Counted from the stretch's first letter, positions 41,614-50,710 are shown. The stretch is DNA of 59,529 nucleotides from Candidatus Moraniibacteriota bacterium (GCA_037133435.1 JBAXOD010000006.1:1-59529); one strand, 5' to 3'. Notes: a model not told the origin generated them from the letters alone. Translations and numbers: made by a program.

Positions 41614-42277
41614 AGACTCCAAGCCGGACGCTTATATCCTCCTCGGTCCTCCGGGAAGCGGGAAGAGCACGCAGGCCGACCTCTTCGGCCGGAAATTCGG
41701 CACGGTCCACGTGGACATGGGCGCATCACTTCGTGCGGCGGCGGGCGAGGCGACGCCTTTCGGTGAGGCCTTGTCCGAAATCATCAACAAGAAGCGTGAG
41801 TTGGTTCCCGACGGTATCGTCCGTTCGATCCTCGAAAATGACTTGCATACCATCGATCCGACCCGATCGGTCGTCATCGATGGCGCCCCTCGACGGGAAA
41901 GTCAGATACATCCGGTTCTTTCGGCCATTTCCGGTTCAGGCCGGACGTTCCGGAAGGCTATCCTCGTCGATCTGTCCGAGGAGGAATCGATCGCGCGCAT
42001 CTCGAAGCGGTTCTCGTGCGTGTCGTGCGGTCGGAAGCTCATCCTGGGAAACGATCTTTCATCCGAATCCGCCCCGTGTCCGTCCTGCGGAGGGTCGGTC
42101 ACGCGCCGTGCGGACGATACGGAAGAAGGGGTCCGCAAACGGTACCGCATTTTCCTGGAAGAGACGTCACCGGTGATCGCGTATTTCGAGGATCGGGGCG
42201 AGCTGTTGCGTGTGACCGGCGGAAAAACGGCCGAAGAGATATTCACAGAAATCGAAATCGATCTTGGAAATGTATGA
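41603..42277 (+). CDS. adk: adenylate kinase (Zn-lid type)
   Basis: GPPGSGKSTQA, LVPD, DGAPR, CxxC..CxxC lid, RADD; ATG 41603. Confidence 0.92.
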   Translation: MDLTDSKPDAYILLGPPGSGKSTQADLFGRKFGTVHVDMGASLRAAAGEATPFGEALSEIINKKRELVPDGIVRSILENDLHTIDPTRSVVIDGAPRRESQIHPVLSAISGSGRTFRKAILVDLSEEESIARISKRFSCVSCGRKLILGNDLSSESAPCPSCGGSVTRRADDTEEGVRKRYRIFLEETSPVIAYFEDRGELLRVTGGKTAEEIFTEIEIDLGNV

Positions 42278-43047
42278 ATGAATTCATCAAAACCGAAGCG
42301 GAACTCGGTAATCTCAGGGAATCGGGAGCACGGCTCGCGGTCGTCATGGAAGAGCTTCTCTCGATGGCGGCGCCCGGCGTCTCGACGCTTGCCATCGGCG
42401 ATCAGGCCGATCTCCTGATCCGCAAACAGGGCGGCATTCCGATCTTCAAGGGGTACGGTGCCGAATGGGGGAAACCGTTTCCGGCAGCGGTCTGCGTGTC
42501 GCTCAACGACGAGGTGGTGCACGGGATCCCATCCTCGAAGCGCATTCTTCGCGAGGGCGATCTTCTGAAGCTCGATCTGGGACTGCTGTTTCAGGGAATG
42601 GTCTCGGATATGGCCCGTACCAAGGCGATCGGGACGGTGTCCGACGAGGCGGCCCGGCTGCTTTCCGTCACCCGAGAATCGCTTGATCGCGGGATCGCCA
42701 AGGTGCGATCCGGTGCGCGATTGTCGGACTTCGCGGGTGCGGTGGAGCGGACCGCCAAACACGCGGGATTTTCGGTCGTGCGTGATCTGGTGGGCCATGG
42801 TGTCGGTCGCGAACTGCACGAGGAACCGCAGATCCCGAATTATTTCGAAAAAGGCATGCATGATTTCTCATTCCGCAAGGGGATGACGGTCGCGCTCGAA
42901 CCGATGGTGAACGTCGGCGGGCCCGATATCCGTCTCGCGTCGGACGGGTGGACCTATCTCACGAAAGACGGGAAATTGTCTGCACATTTCGAGGACACGG
43001 TCATCGTGACGGAACGGGGGACGGAGATCGTGACGAGACTGAAATAG
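42274..43047 (+). CDS. map: methionine aminopeptidase type I
   Basis: CVSLNDEVVHGIP, GHGVG..LHEEP, EPM, SAHFEDT. Confidence 0.96.
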   Translation: MNEFIKTEAELGNLRESGARLAVVMEELLSMAAPGVSTLAIGDQADLLIRKQGGIPIFKGYGAEWGKPFPAAVCVSLNDEVVHGIPSSKRILREGDLLKLDLGLLFQGMVSDMARTKAIGTVSDEAARLLSVTRESLDRGIAKVRSGARLSDFAGAVERTAKHAGFSVVRDLVGHGVGRELHEEPQIPNYFEKGMHDFSFRKGMTVALEPMVNVGGPDIRLASDGWTYLTKDGKLSAHFEDTVIVTERGTEIVTRLK

Positions 43048-43326
43048 TCACAAGTCCTTAAAGTCAATAAAGTTCATAATGTCAAAAAGAATTTCGAATT
43101 TAGAATTTTGAAACGGGAACAGGGAGCGAATTATAGGGAACTGGATTGTCACGGATGTTTACATCATTGCAAGGACGGACGGGAAACCGGCCTGAGCCAA
43201 GGCTCCGGCATGATGAAGCAGGGAACTACTCCCACCCCTCACCCGCGCGGAGCCACGGGAGCTCCCCTCAGACAGGGGAGCAGGCGGGCTCCCTTGCTCT
43301 CTGTTGACTGTTATCTGATATCTGAT
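43047..43326. repeat. composite spacer: forward 9-mer and AATTT arrays, palindromes, reverse ATAACAG-type array before yqgF
   Basis: read directly. Confidence 0.75.
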
Positions 43327-43752
43327 ATGGATAAAAACTTTCTCGGGCTGGATTGGGGTGCGGCCAAGATCGGCGTCGCGTTCGCCGACGCGGAGACGCG
43401 GATGGCGTTTTCGGTCTGTGTACTGAAGAACGACAGCACCCTCTTTTCGCGCTTGGAAGAGCTGTTTTCAGAGCGGGAAATCGGCACGGTCGTGATCGGT
43501 ATCGCGTCGCACGTGAATCGTCAGGAAGTGGTTTCGGGAGGAAAAAAACTCGGTGAAGCGATACTGAAAAATTACCCCTCGGTACGTGTCGAATATCAAG
43601 ACGAGATGTTCACGACGAAGATGGCCTCGGCGAATCTCCGCGAGCACGGCATCAGGAATCTCGCCCGCTTCGACGACCAGGAATCCGCCCGCATCATCTT
43701 GCAGGAGTGGTTGGACAGGAATCAGATAACAGGGAAAACAGATAACAGATAA
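43327..43752 (+). CDS. yqgF: YqgF/RuvX RNase H-fold nuclease
   Basis: LGLDWG..KIGVA, DEMFTT, DDQESARIILQ; ATG 43327. Confidence 0.9.
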   Translation: MDKNFLGLDWGAAKIGVAFADAETRMAFSVCVLKNDSTLFSRLEELFSEREIGTVVIGIASHVNRQEVVSGGKKLGEAILKNYPSVRVEYQDEMFTTKMASANLREHGIRNLARFDDQESARIILQEWLDRNQITGKTDNR

Positions 43753-43865
43753 CAGAGAGCATGGAACAGGGACGAGCGAGCAGATAACATGAGCTCTCGT
43801 CAACTCACAACTGACGACATACAACTGACAATTGGGAACAGGAAGAGCGGATCGTAGCGGTCGCA

Positions 43866-44409
43866 AACGGTAAGACGAAAAAACGACGGTTCGGTCGAAA
43901 TCGCAAAATGACGAAAAACTCCGCTCAAAAGGCGGGTTTTTTGCTGATGAAATCGAAAGACAACGTAATACATTAATGCGGTCGTCAGATTATGTAACGC
44001 TAGAATTATGGGGAATTGAGGGGAGTAGAATTTGAAAGGTCGAGAAATGCTAGTGAATTTGAAGAAAATCGTTACATAATAATGCAGTCGCCAGATTACG
44101 CTCCGTTGATTTTTGAAAAAAATATGCATAAATTTCTCGAAAAAAAGACGCTATAATCGCAAAACAAAAAATGAGCGACACACATAATCCGACGGCCGTC
44201 GGATTATGTGTGTTTTTGGAAAGAGGCATGGAAGAGGAAGAACGGATCGCGGCGATTACGGGTGATCATATCGCTTGTGAACGGTATGACGAAAAAACAG
44301 CGGTTCGGTCGAAATCGAAAAACGACGTAAAACTCCGCTCAAAAGGCTGGTTTTTTGCTGATGAAATCGAAAGACAACGTAACACAATAATGCGGTCGCC
44401 AGATTATGT
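43866..44409. repeat. 130-bp direct repeat (43866-43995, 44280-44409) enclosing a perfect 36-bp palindrome (44178-44213)
   Basis: aligned by eye. Confidence 0.85.
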
Positions 44410-44460
44410 TACTCGGTGGGGAGGGGAAAGCGGGTTGGGGAGGTGGCATAATGAAGACTG

Positions 44461-44498
44461 AAACCCGCTTTACAAGCGGGTTTTTTGGTGGGAGAATG
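44461..44498 (+). terminator. intrinsic terminator, identical to 45610-45647
   Basis: AAACCCGCT-TTACA-AGCGGGTTTTTT. Confidence 0.75.
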
Positions 44499-44551
44499 AA
44501 GGGAAAGAGGTGAATACGTTACGCAAAATATCGATCTCCATCTTGACATAT

Positions 44552-45598
44552 ATGAAGAATCTGGAATCAAACAATGAAATAATCATCTACGAGGGCGACA
44601 ATGGATTGCCTCGTATTGAAGTAAGTATCTCCGGTGAGTCGGTGTGGCTTACTCAAGACCAAATGGCAGAATTATTTGGCAAAGCGAGATCTACTATCAC
44701 GGAACATCTTCAGAATATTTTCAAAGAGGGTGAATTAGAGGAAAAAGTGGTATGTCGGGAATTCCGACGGACCACTGTGCATGGGGCTATCGCGGGAAAA
44801 ACTCAAGAAAAAGGCGTTAAAATCTATAACTTAGATGTCATCATATCCGTTGGATACCGCGTGAATTCTGTCCAAGGTACCCGTTTCCGACAGTGGGCGA
44901 CCGCGCGACTTCGCGAGTATATCGTCAAGGGCTTTACGATGGATGACGAACGGCTCAAAGGCACCGGCGGAGGAGACTATTGGAAGGAACTGCTCAATCG
45001 CATCCGTGATATCCGCAGCAGCGAAAAGGCACTTTATCGTCAGGTCCTTGATCTCTATGCCACCAGCGTCGATTATGATCCCAAGAGCGATACCTCGGTA
45101 GACTTTTTCAGGGTCGTACAAAACAAACTGCACTACGCTACCAATCAGCATACCGCCGCGGAGACGATCCACGCGCGCGCCGATGCAGACAAGGATTTCA
45201 TGGGGCTCACCACCTTTGCCGGAGCCATGCCGATTCTCTCCGAGATCGGGATCGCGAAGAACTACCTTACCGAAGACGAATTGTTCCGGCTGAACCGGTT
45301 GGTGTCGGCGTTCTTCGATCTCGCTGAAATAAAAGCGAGCGAGCATACGCAGATGCATATGGCGGACTGGGTAGCGGAGCTTGATAAGTTTTCGGATACT
45401 TTCGGCAAAGGCGTGCTCAAAGACGCGGGAAGCGTGAGTCACAAGCAAGCCATAGAAAAAGCGACGGAAGAATATCGCAAGTATCAGGCCAAGACACTCT
45501 CGCCGGTCGAGGTGTCGTACCTAGAGAGCATTAAGGCCATTGAAAAGAAAGTGGAAGGAAAAGCGAAAGTATCCAAAATCAAACCGAAAGGCGATTGA
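44552..45598 (+). CDS. RhuM-family (virulence RhuM-like) DNA-binding protein
   Basis: WLTQDQMAELF, YNLDVIISVGYRV.S..GTRFRQWAT, IRDIRSSEK, VQNKLH. Confidence 0.9.
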   Translation: MKNLESNNEIIIYEGDNGLPRIEVSISGESVWLTQDQMAELFGKARSTITEHLQNIFKEGELEEKVVCREFRRTTVHGAIAGKTQEKGVKIYNLDVIISVGYRVNSVQGTRFRQWATARLREYIVKGFTMDDERLKGTGGGDYWKELLNRIRDIRSSEKALYRQVLDLYATSVDYDPKSDTSVDFFRVVQNKLHYATNQHTAAETIHARADADKDFMGLTTFAGAMPILSEIGIAKNYLTEDELFRLNRLVSAFFDLAEIKASEHTQMHMADWVAELDKFSDTFGKGVLKDAGSVSHKQAIEKATEEYRKYQAKTLSPVEVSYLESIKAIEKKVEGKAKVSKIKPKGD

Positions 45599-45609
45599 TA
45601 AGATCGATT

Positions 45610-45647
45610 AAACCCGCTTTACAAGCGGGTTTTTTGGTGGGAGAATG
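45610..45647 (+). terminator. intrinsic terminator, identical to 44461-44498
   Basis: 38-bp exact duplicate. Confidence 0.75.
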
Positions 45648-45880
45648 GGGGAAAGATCGATAACGACTTGCTACGATAGTGCGTAATACCATTTCTAAGA
45701 AACCAGTTCCCTCTGTCTCCGCGAGGATTTGCGTCTTCGGAAATCCGTGGCGGTCCAGGTCTGCACTATAAATCCTGGATTGCCACGCCCGAGCACGGGC
45801 TCGCAAAGACAGCCGAATAGGGAATGTATTATTTTGAAATATAATATGACAGTGAAATAATCAGCGATTTCTGAAACGAT

Positions 45881-46537
45881 ATGGCACGGATGAAGGATGT
45901 CCCGAAAATCGAACGTCCCCGCGAACGGATGGAAAAGTATGGGCCGGAGAAACTCAAAGATGAGGAACTTTTGGCGATTTTGTTGCGGACCGGACTCAAA
46001 GGGACGAATGTCGTGACGCTTTCGAAAAAGATCCTTTCGACGTTCCGCGAGAAGGGAATCGGAGAAGCGACCGTCGCGGAACTAAAAACAATCAAAGGAC
46101 TCGGTGCGGCCAAAGCCTGCGAGATTGTCGCGTGCTTCGAACTCGGCAAGCGATTGCTCAAGGACAAACGGACGGCCGTGCTTCTGACGCCCAAGGACGT
46201 CTGGGAGCGGATGGAAGATATCCGAGGGAGCAAGAAGGAGCACTTCGTCGTATTCTTCCTCGACAGTCGGAGTCAGGAAATCCGTCGTGAAACCGTCTCA
46301 ATCGGCACGCTCGACGAGAGCCTCGTCCATCCGCGCGAGGTCTTCGAATCCGCCATAAGGCACAATGCCTCCGCCATTATCGTCGCGCACAACCACCCGT
46401 CCGGCGATCCGACCCCGTCGCGAGCCGACCTTGCCGTCACCCGCCGCCTCCGTGACGCCGGCGACCTCCTCGGCATCCCGCTCCTCCGGCATGTGATCGT
46501 AACGAAATCCAGCTGGGAAGAAATCAATGTCGATTAA
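45881..46537 (+). CDS. radC: RadC/UPF0758 JAB-domain protein
   Basis: RPRER, ELLAILLRTG, VHPREVF, HNHPSGDPTPS..D. Confidence 0.95.
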   Translation: MARMKDVPKIERPRERMEKYGPEKLKDEELLAILLRTGLKGTNVVTLSKKILSTFREKGIGEATVAELKTIKGLGAAKACEIVACFELGKRLLKDKRTAVLLTPKDVWERMEDIRGSKKEHFVVFFLDSRSQEIRRETVSIGTLDESLVHPREVFESAIRHNASAIIVAHNHPSGDPTPSRADLAVTRRLRDAGDLLGIPLLRHVIVTKSSWEEINVD

Positions 46538-46635
46538 TAATTATATGAAAGTTACAAAAAACAATCCCTTATTTGAGGGATTATTTTTATATTTCAGATC
46601 TTGATCTGTATGAGAATGCGTGCTTTACTTTGATA

Positions 46636-47094
46636 ATGGCTAAAGAGCATTCTTACGGTGCTACACTCAAGAATAACGTGACCGAAAACGAAGCGGTTAG
46701 TTTTTTGCTAGCACAAGATTATAGGTTCCGAGTTCCGATGAAAGATGAACGAAAAATTATCCTGCAGGCACTGAATTTGCCGTCATCATTTTCCCGTGCG
46801 TTTGACCTTGTGTTATTTCCCGCCTCATATGAAGGGAATATGGATGAAGATTCATTGAAGGACACAATCCTAGTTGAGCTAAAGACGACCAGGAAATATC
46901 TCCCAAACAATCCTGACGGGTTCTTTTTCGGAGCGACGGAAAATGAATTTCAACTTGCGCGTATGCTAGGTGTCAGATATCGATTTTGTTTTGTAAGTCT
47001 CCATGCTGAGAGCTTGAGTCATGCTCTTTTGACACTTGAAGAGGTGGAGGGGAAAATAAAGACGAAACGAATCCAGTATCAGATAAATCTGTGA
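46636..47094 (+). CDS. small PD-(D/E)XK-type nuclease (DUF3883-like)
   Basis: FDLV..ILVELKTT..FFFGATENE; ATG 46636. Confidence 0.6.
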   Translation: MAKEHSYGATLKNNVTENEAVSFLLAQDYRFRVPMKDERKIILQALNLPSSFSRAFDLVLFPASYEGNMDEDSLKDTILVELKTTRKYLPNNPDGFFFGATENEFQLARMLGVRYRFCFVSLHAESLSHALLTLEEVEGKIKTKRIQYQINL

Positions 47095-47334
47095 CATATT
47101 CTAGCTGACCCCTTTTATCTATTATTGGTAACTTATCTTGATCTTGATCTAATTTTCTAAATGGGTTACCTTTAATGGGTCGTCCAGTAAGCGGAAGCTG
47201 CTGGTGACTAATCGGAAGATTAGACGATGCTGGCAAACAAGCAATCTAGAATGTCAGAGTGTAATTGTAGTTTGTTGCTTCTTGCGCACCGTCACATGGT
47301 TTTCATGTGATTTTTTATTTCAAAAAACAAGAGT

Positions 47335-48522
47335 ATGGAAAAGTTAGATATTAAGTTGCCGGTTTTTGACGATTCGGATGTACGAAAACTTAAGACGATG
47401 CATGAGGATAAAGGCATTCGATATTTCGTGGCGACGATTAGTGCAAAGCGACTTGTTACAGGCGATGCGTCAAAACTAGATCAATGGAAAGAGGTTAACC
47501 CTCGTGATGCAAAGGAAAGTTCATATGTCTGGAAATCGATGCAAGAATCGCTTGATTTTGATGCAGAGAATTTTATTTATAAAAACAAAGGAATCCTTCT
47601 GCTTGTGAAGGACTTCGTATACGACAATAAAAACAAATCAATAAATTTCACTCTTACAGAAAAGCTATTGCATGGCATTGTTGATGGTGGTCATACATTC
47701 GCTATCCTGAAACATAATGCGGAAGAGCGAACTTTGGCAGATGATGTCTACATAAAGGTTGAATTTATCGTTGGTATTGATGATAGGAACCGTGTCGCTG
47801 ATCTAGCAGAGGCTCGGAATACAGCGGCGCAAGTGAAAGATGAAAGTATTATGAATTTGAAGGACTCATTTCAAGCTATTAAGCGAGAATTAGATAGTGA
47901 GCCGGACTATTGTGACAAAATTGCATATAAGGAATACGAAGAAGGGAAGGATATTTCGATAAAAGAGATACTTGGATATATGGTCGTTTTTGATAACGAT
48001 GTATTTTCAACAGATCAGGCGCCTATTTTCGCGTATTCTAGTAAAAAGCGAGTATTGGATTATTTTATCAACGAATCAAATACGACGCGGCTGAATAGAA
48101 ATATTGCTCCGCTTCTGCCAAATATTTTGCAGTTAAGGGATAATATATACAAAGCAATTCCAACCTTATATGAAGGACGGATTACCATGCTTAAGAAAAC
48201 CGGTGCGCCGGATTCTATCGTAAAGGACTTTTCAAAGAAAAGTAAGAAAGTCCATTTGAATTTCATTGATCGTGAAGTAGATTATAAGATTCCAGAAGGA
48301 TGGGTATTTCCTCTACTTGCTGCTTTTAGGGAGTTACTTGAAGAGCATAATGGAACTGTTCGGTTTAAAGTAAATCCTTCTGAATTTTTACAGCAACATA
48401 TAAAAGAGATTGGAGTAGTATTTACAAATATTCTCAAGGAAAATCCTGATCCACAGGTCATTGGAAAAACTCCAAGTATATGGATAAACCTTGCGTATAA
48501 AATTCGTACCCTTGCAGAATAG
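47335..48522 (+). CDS. AIPR-family protein
   Basis: NPR, F..KNKGI, GIVDGGHT, ARNT..QVK; AT-rich. Confidence 0.8.
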   Translation: MEKLDIKLPVFDDSDVRKLKTMHEDKGIRYFVATISAKRLVTGDASKLDQWKEVNPRDAKESSYVWKSMQESLDFDAENFIYKNKGILLLVKDFVYDNKNKSINFTLTEKLLHGIVDGGHTFAILKHNAEERTLADDVYIKVEFIVGIDDRNRVADLAEARNTAAQVKDESIMNLKDSFQAIKRELDSEPDYCDKIAYKEYEEGKDISIKEILGYMVVFDNDVFSTDQAPIFAYSSKKRVLDYFINESNTTRLNRNIAPLLPNILQLRDNIYKAIPTLYEGRITMLKKTGAPDSIVKDFSKKSKKVHLNFIDREVDYKIPEGWVFPLLAAFRELLEEHNGTVRFKVNPSEFLQQHIKEIGVVFTNILKENPDPQVIGKTPSIWINLAYKIRTLAE

Positions 48523-48552
48523 ACTGTTGATTGTCGCTAAACCCTATTTCAA

Positions 48553-49774
48553 CTTGGAGTCGGCAAGCGGAAAGGATTGCGGGTATGAGGTGGTATGGAG
48601 TAGCCAGTGGGAGCCGGGTGCCGTGACCCAGCATGCGTCGGAAATCTATGTTCGACAATTCGGCGAAAAGGGACACTCCTGTGACGATATCCAGAAAGTC
48701 GTATCCGATCGTTTTGACGAGATTGCCGACCATGATCTTTTGGTCGGTGGGTTTCCATGTCAGGATTACTCCGTCGCTCGGACACTGAGTCATTCGGAAG
48801 GACTCAAAGGAAAGAAGGGTGTCTTGTGGTGGTCAATTTATAATATATTGGAAAAAAAAGGAAAAAAAGCGCCGAGGTTCATCATGCTGGAAAATGTGGA
48901 TCGTCTGTTGAAATCGCCTGCCTCGCGGAGAGGGAGGGATTTCGCGGTCATGTTGGCTTCCCTTGCTGATTTGGGGTATGTCGTCGAATGGCGCGTTATC
49001 AATGCTGCGGAGTACGGGTTTCCTCAGAGGAGGCGCAGAGTCTTCATTCTCGGGTATAAGAGAAATACGGGAATCAATCGGATGATGAGGAAATCGGTGA
49101 AGACGGAATGGATGACGAAGGATGGCGTTATCGCGAAAGCATTCCCAGTGGAAAAGGATGCGTTTGTCGCCACTGAATTCAAGATAGAGGGAGATCTTGC
49201 CGAGGTCACGAAAACATTTTCCTCGGATCAGCCAGCGAAAAGTCCGTTCGAGAATTCCGGAATCATGATAGATAGGAAAGTCTACACGATGAAGGTGTTC
49301 CCGAAATCGTCGCGTAAGCCGGTCGTACTGGGCGATGTCATCGAGACCGATGAGAAGAAAGTGCCTGATGCGTATTTCATCGGAAATGATGAATTGAAGG
49401 CGTGGGAATATCTGAAGGGAGGGAAGAAAGAGCCGAGGAAGACAAAAACAGGCCATACATACCACTATTCCGAGGGCCCGATGGTTTTTCCCGATTCGCT
49501 GGATAGACCATCCCGCACTATCGTAACCGGTGAGGGCGGTCGTTCCGCTTCACGGTTTAAACATGTTATCAGGACGAAGTCCGGACGGTTACGACGTCTT
49601 ATGCCGATCGAGCTTGAGCGGTTGAACATGTTTCCTGACAATCATACGAAATTCATGACTGAAGACCGGGAGACGCCAGAAATACGGCGTGCCTTCATAA
49701 TGGGAAACGCGCTTGTTGTCGGTGTCATTAGGGAACTTGGGAAATCGTTGCGAAAATTCGCCGAAAAGGAATGA
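48553..49774 (+). pseudogene. C5 DNA methyltransferase (M.Sau3AI-like), 5'-truncated, no motif I
   Basis: GGFPCQDYS (IV), ENV (VI), PQRRRRVF (VIII), R.LMPIE..RL..FP (IX), MGNA (X) present; no FxGxGG and no ATG upstream of the conserved part. Confidence 0.7.
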
Positions 49775-49843
49775 GTGTTGAATGTGTGTAACTGAAATTG
49801 ATTGCAGTTCCATGAAACATGTAACGGGTAATAGCTAAAGACT

Positions 49844-50293
49844 ATGAAAAACAAAAGCGACAAATTAGCAAAAGAGGCTTTTGTTTTGTACTTAGTTAAA
49901 GAAGGCTATTCTGATATTAAAATTGTGAAAGCGCCGGCAGATATAGTCGCGTTCAAAGATTCGGTAAAATATTATTTTGAGATAAAGAAAACTGCTGCGG
50001 AAAATGAATATTTCGGAGCAGCTACTTTGACCGAATGGAGAGCCGCATATTCTAATCCGGACACTTACTTCTTTGTAATATGCGTGGAAAAAGGACAGAC
50101 TTTTGACTTTATATTGTATTCACCGGAAGAGTTCGAAAAATTTTCTACCATACCTCCATTCAAAATATTCTTTAATGTGCCCTTGAAAGGAAGTGACAAA
50201 GCATCATCCATAAGAAAGAATAAATCAGCGATTCGGTTATCAAAAGAAAAGCTAAATAAATTGGATGAAATTTACACAGTAATTAAGGATTAA
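49844..50293 (+). CDS. small PD-(D/E)XK-type nuclease (DUF3883-like)
   Basis: PADIVA..YYFEIKKT..YFGAATLTE. Confidence 0.65.
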   Translation: MKNKSDKLAKEAFVLYLVKEGYSDIKIVKAPADIVAFKDSVKYYFEIKKTAAENEYFGAATLTEWRAAYSNPDTYFFVICVEKGQTFDFILYSPEEFEKFSTIPPFKIFFNVPLKGSDKASSIRKNKSAIRLSKEKLNKLDEIYTVIKD

Positions 50294-50391
50294 GGAAAGT
50301 TAGATTGCCGAATAGCCGGTCAGATGTCTGACCTGAAATCTGAAAAACGATAGGGCTGCAAGGAAGAAGGGGAGTATATAAAGTCAGAAAT

Positions 50392-50533
50392 AATTTTGAA
50401 TTTCGAATTTCGAAAGGGGAGCGGGAACCCGCCTACACCAAGGCTACGGCGTGGCACAGCCCGCCTACACCAAGGCTACGGCGTGGCACAGCCCGCCTAT
50501 GCCAAGGCTGCAGCGTGGCACAGCCCGCCTACG
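50392..50533 (+). repeat. AATTT heptamers plus tandem 32-bp REP-like units
   Basis: units at 50428, 50460, 50492, partial at 50524. Confidence 0.9.
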
Positions 50534-50710
50534 TTAAGAAAAGTGATACGTTGTCTGTGCGGAGATGAAGAACTGGCGGTAAACGAAGACGATAAATAGA
50601 AGAAGAGCTTATTTGAGCCATATTCTATAATTGGAGCGCAGAGTAGATTATAGTTTGCTAGCAGTAAGCATTATAGATTATGCTATAAATTTTGGGTTGC
50701 CTTACATTAG

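Noticed and set aside
22573-43326. N-terminal extensions in the ORF track for the protease, tuf, rplC, rplX, adk, map and yqgF
   Set aside because: Upstream parts read through repeats or the previous gene; downstream TATG starts match family N-termini.
43968-44409. Canonical dif site
   Set aside because: Central spacer far longer than 6 bp and outer XerC/XerD arms do not match; kept only as an unexplained site array.
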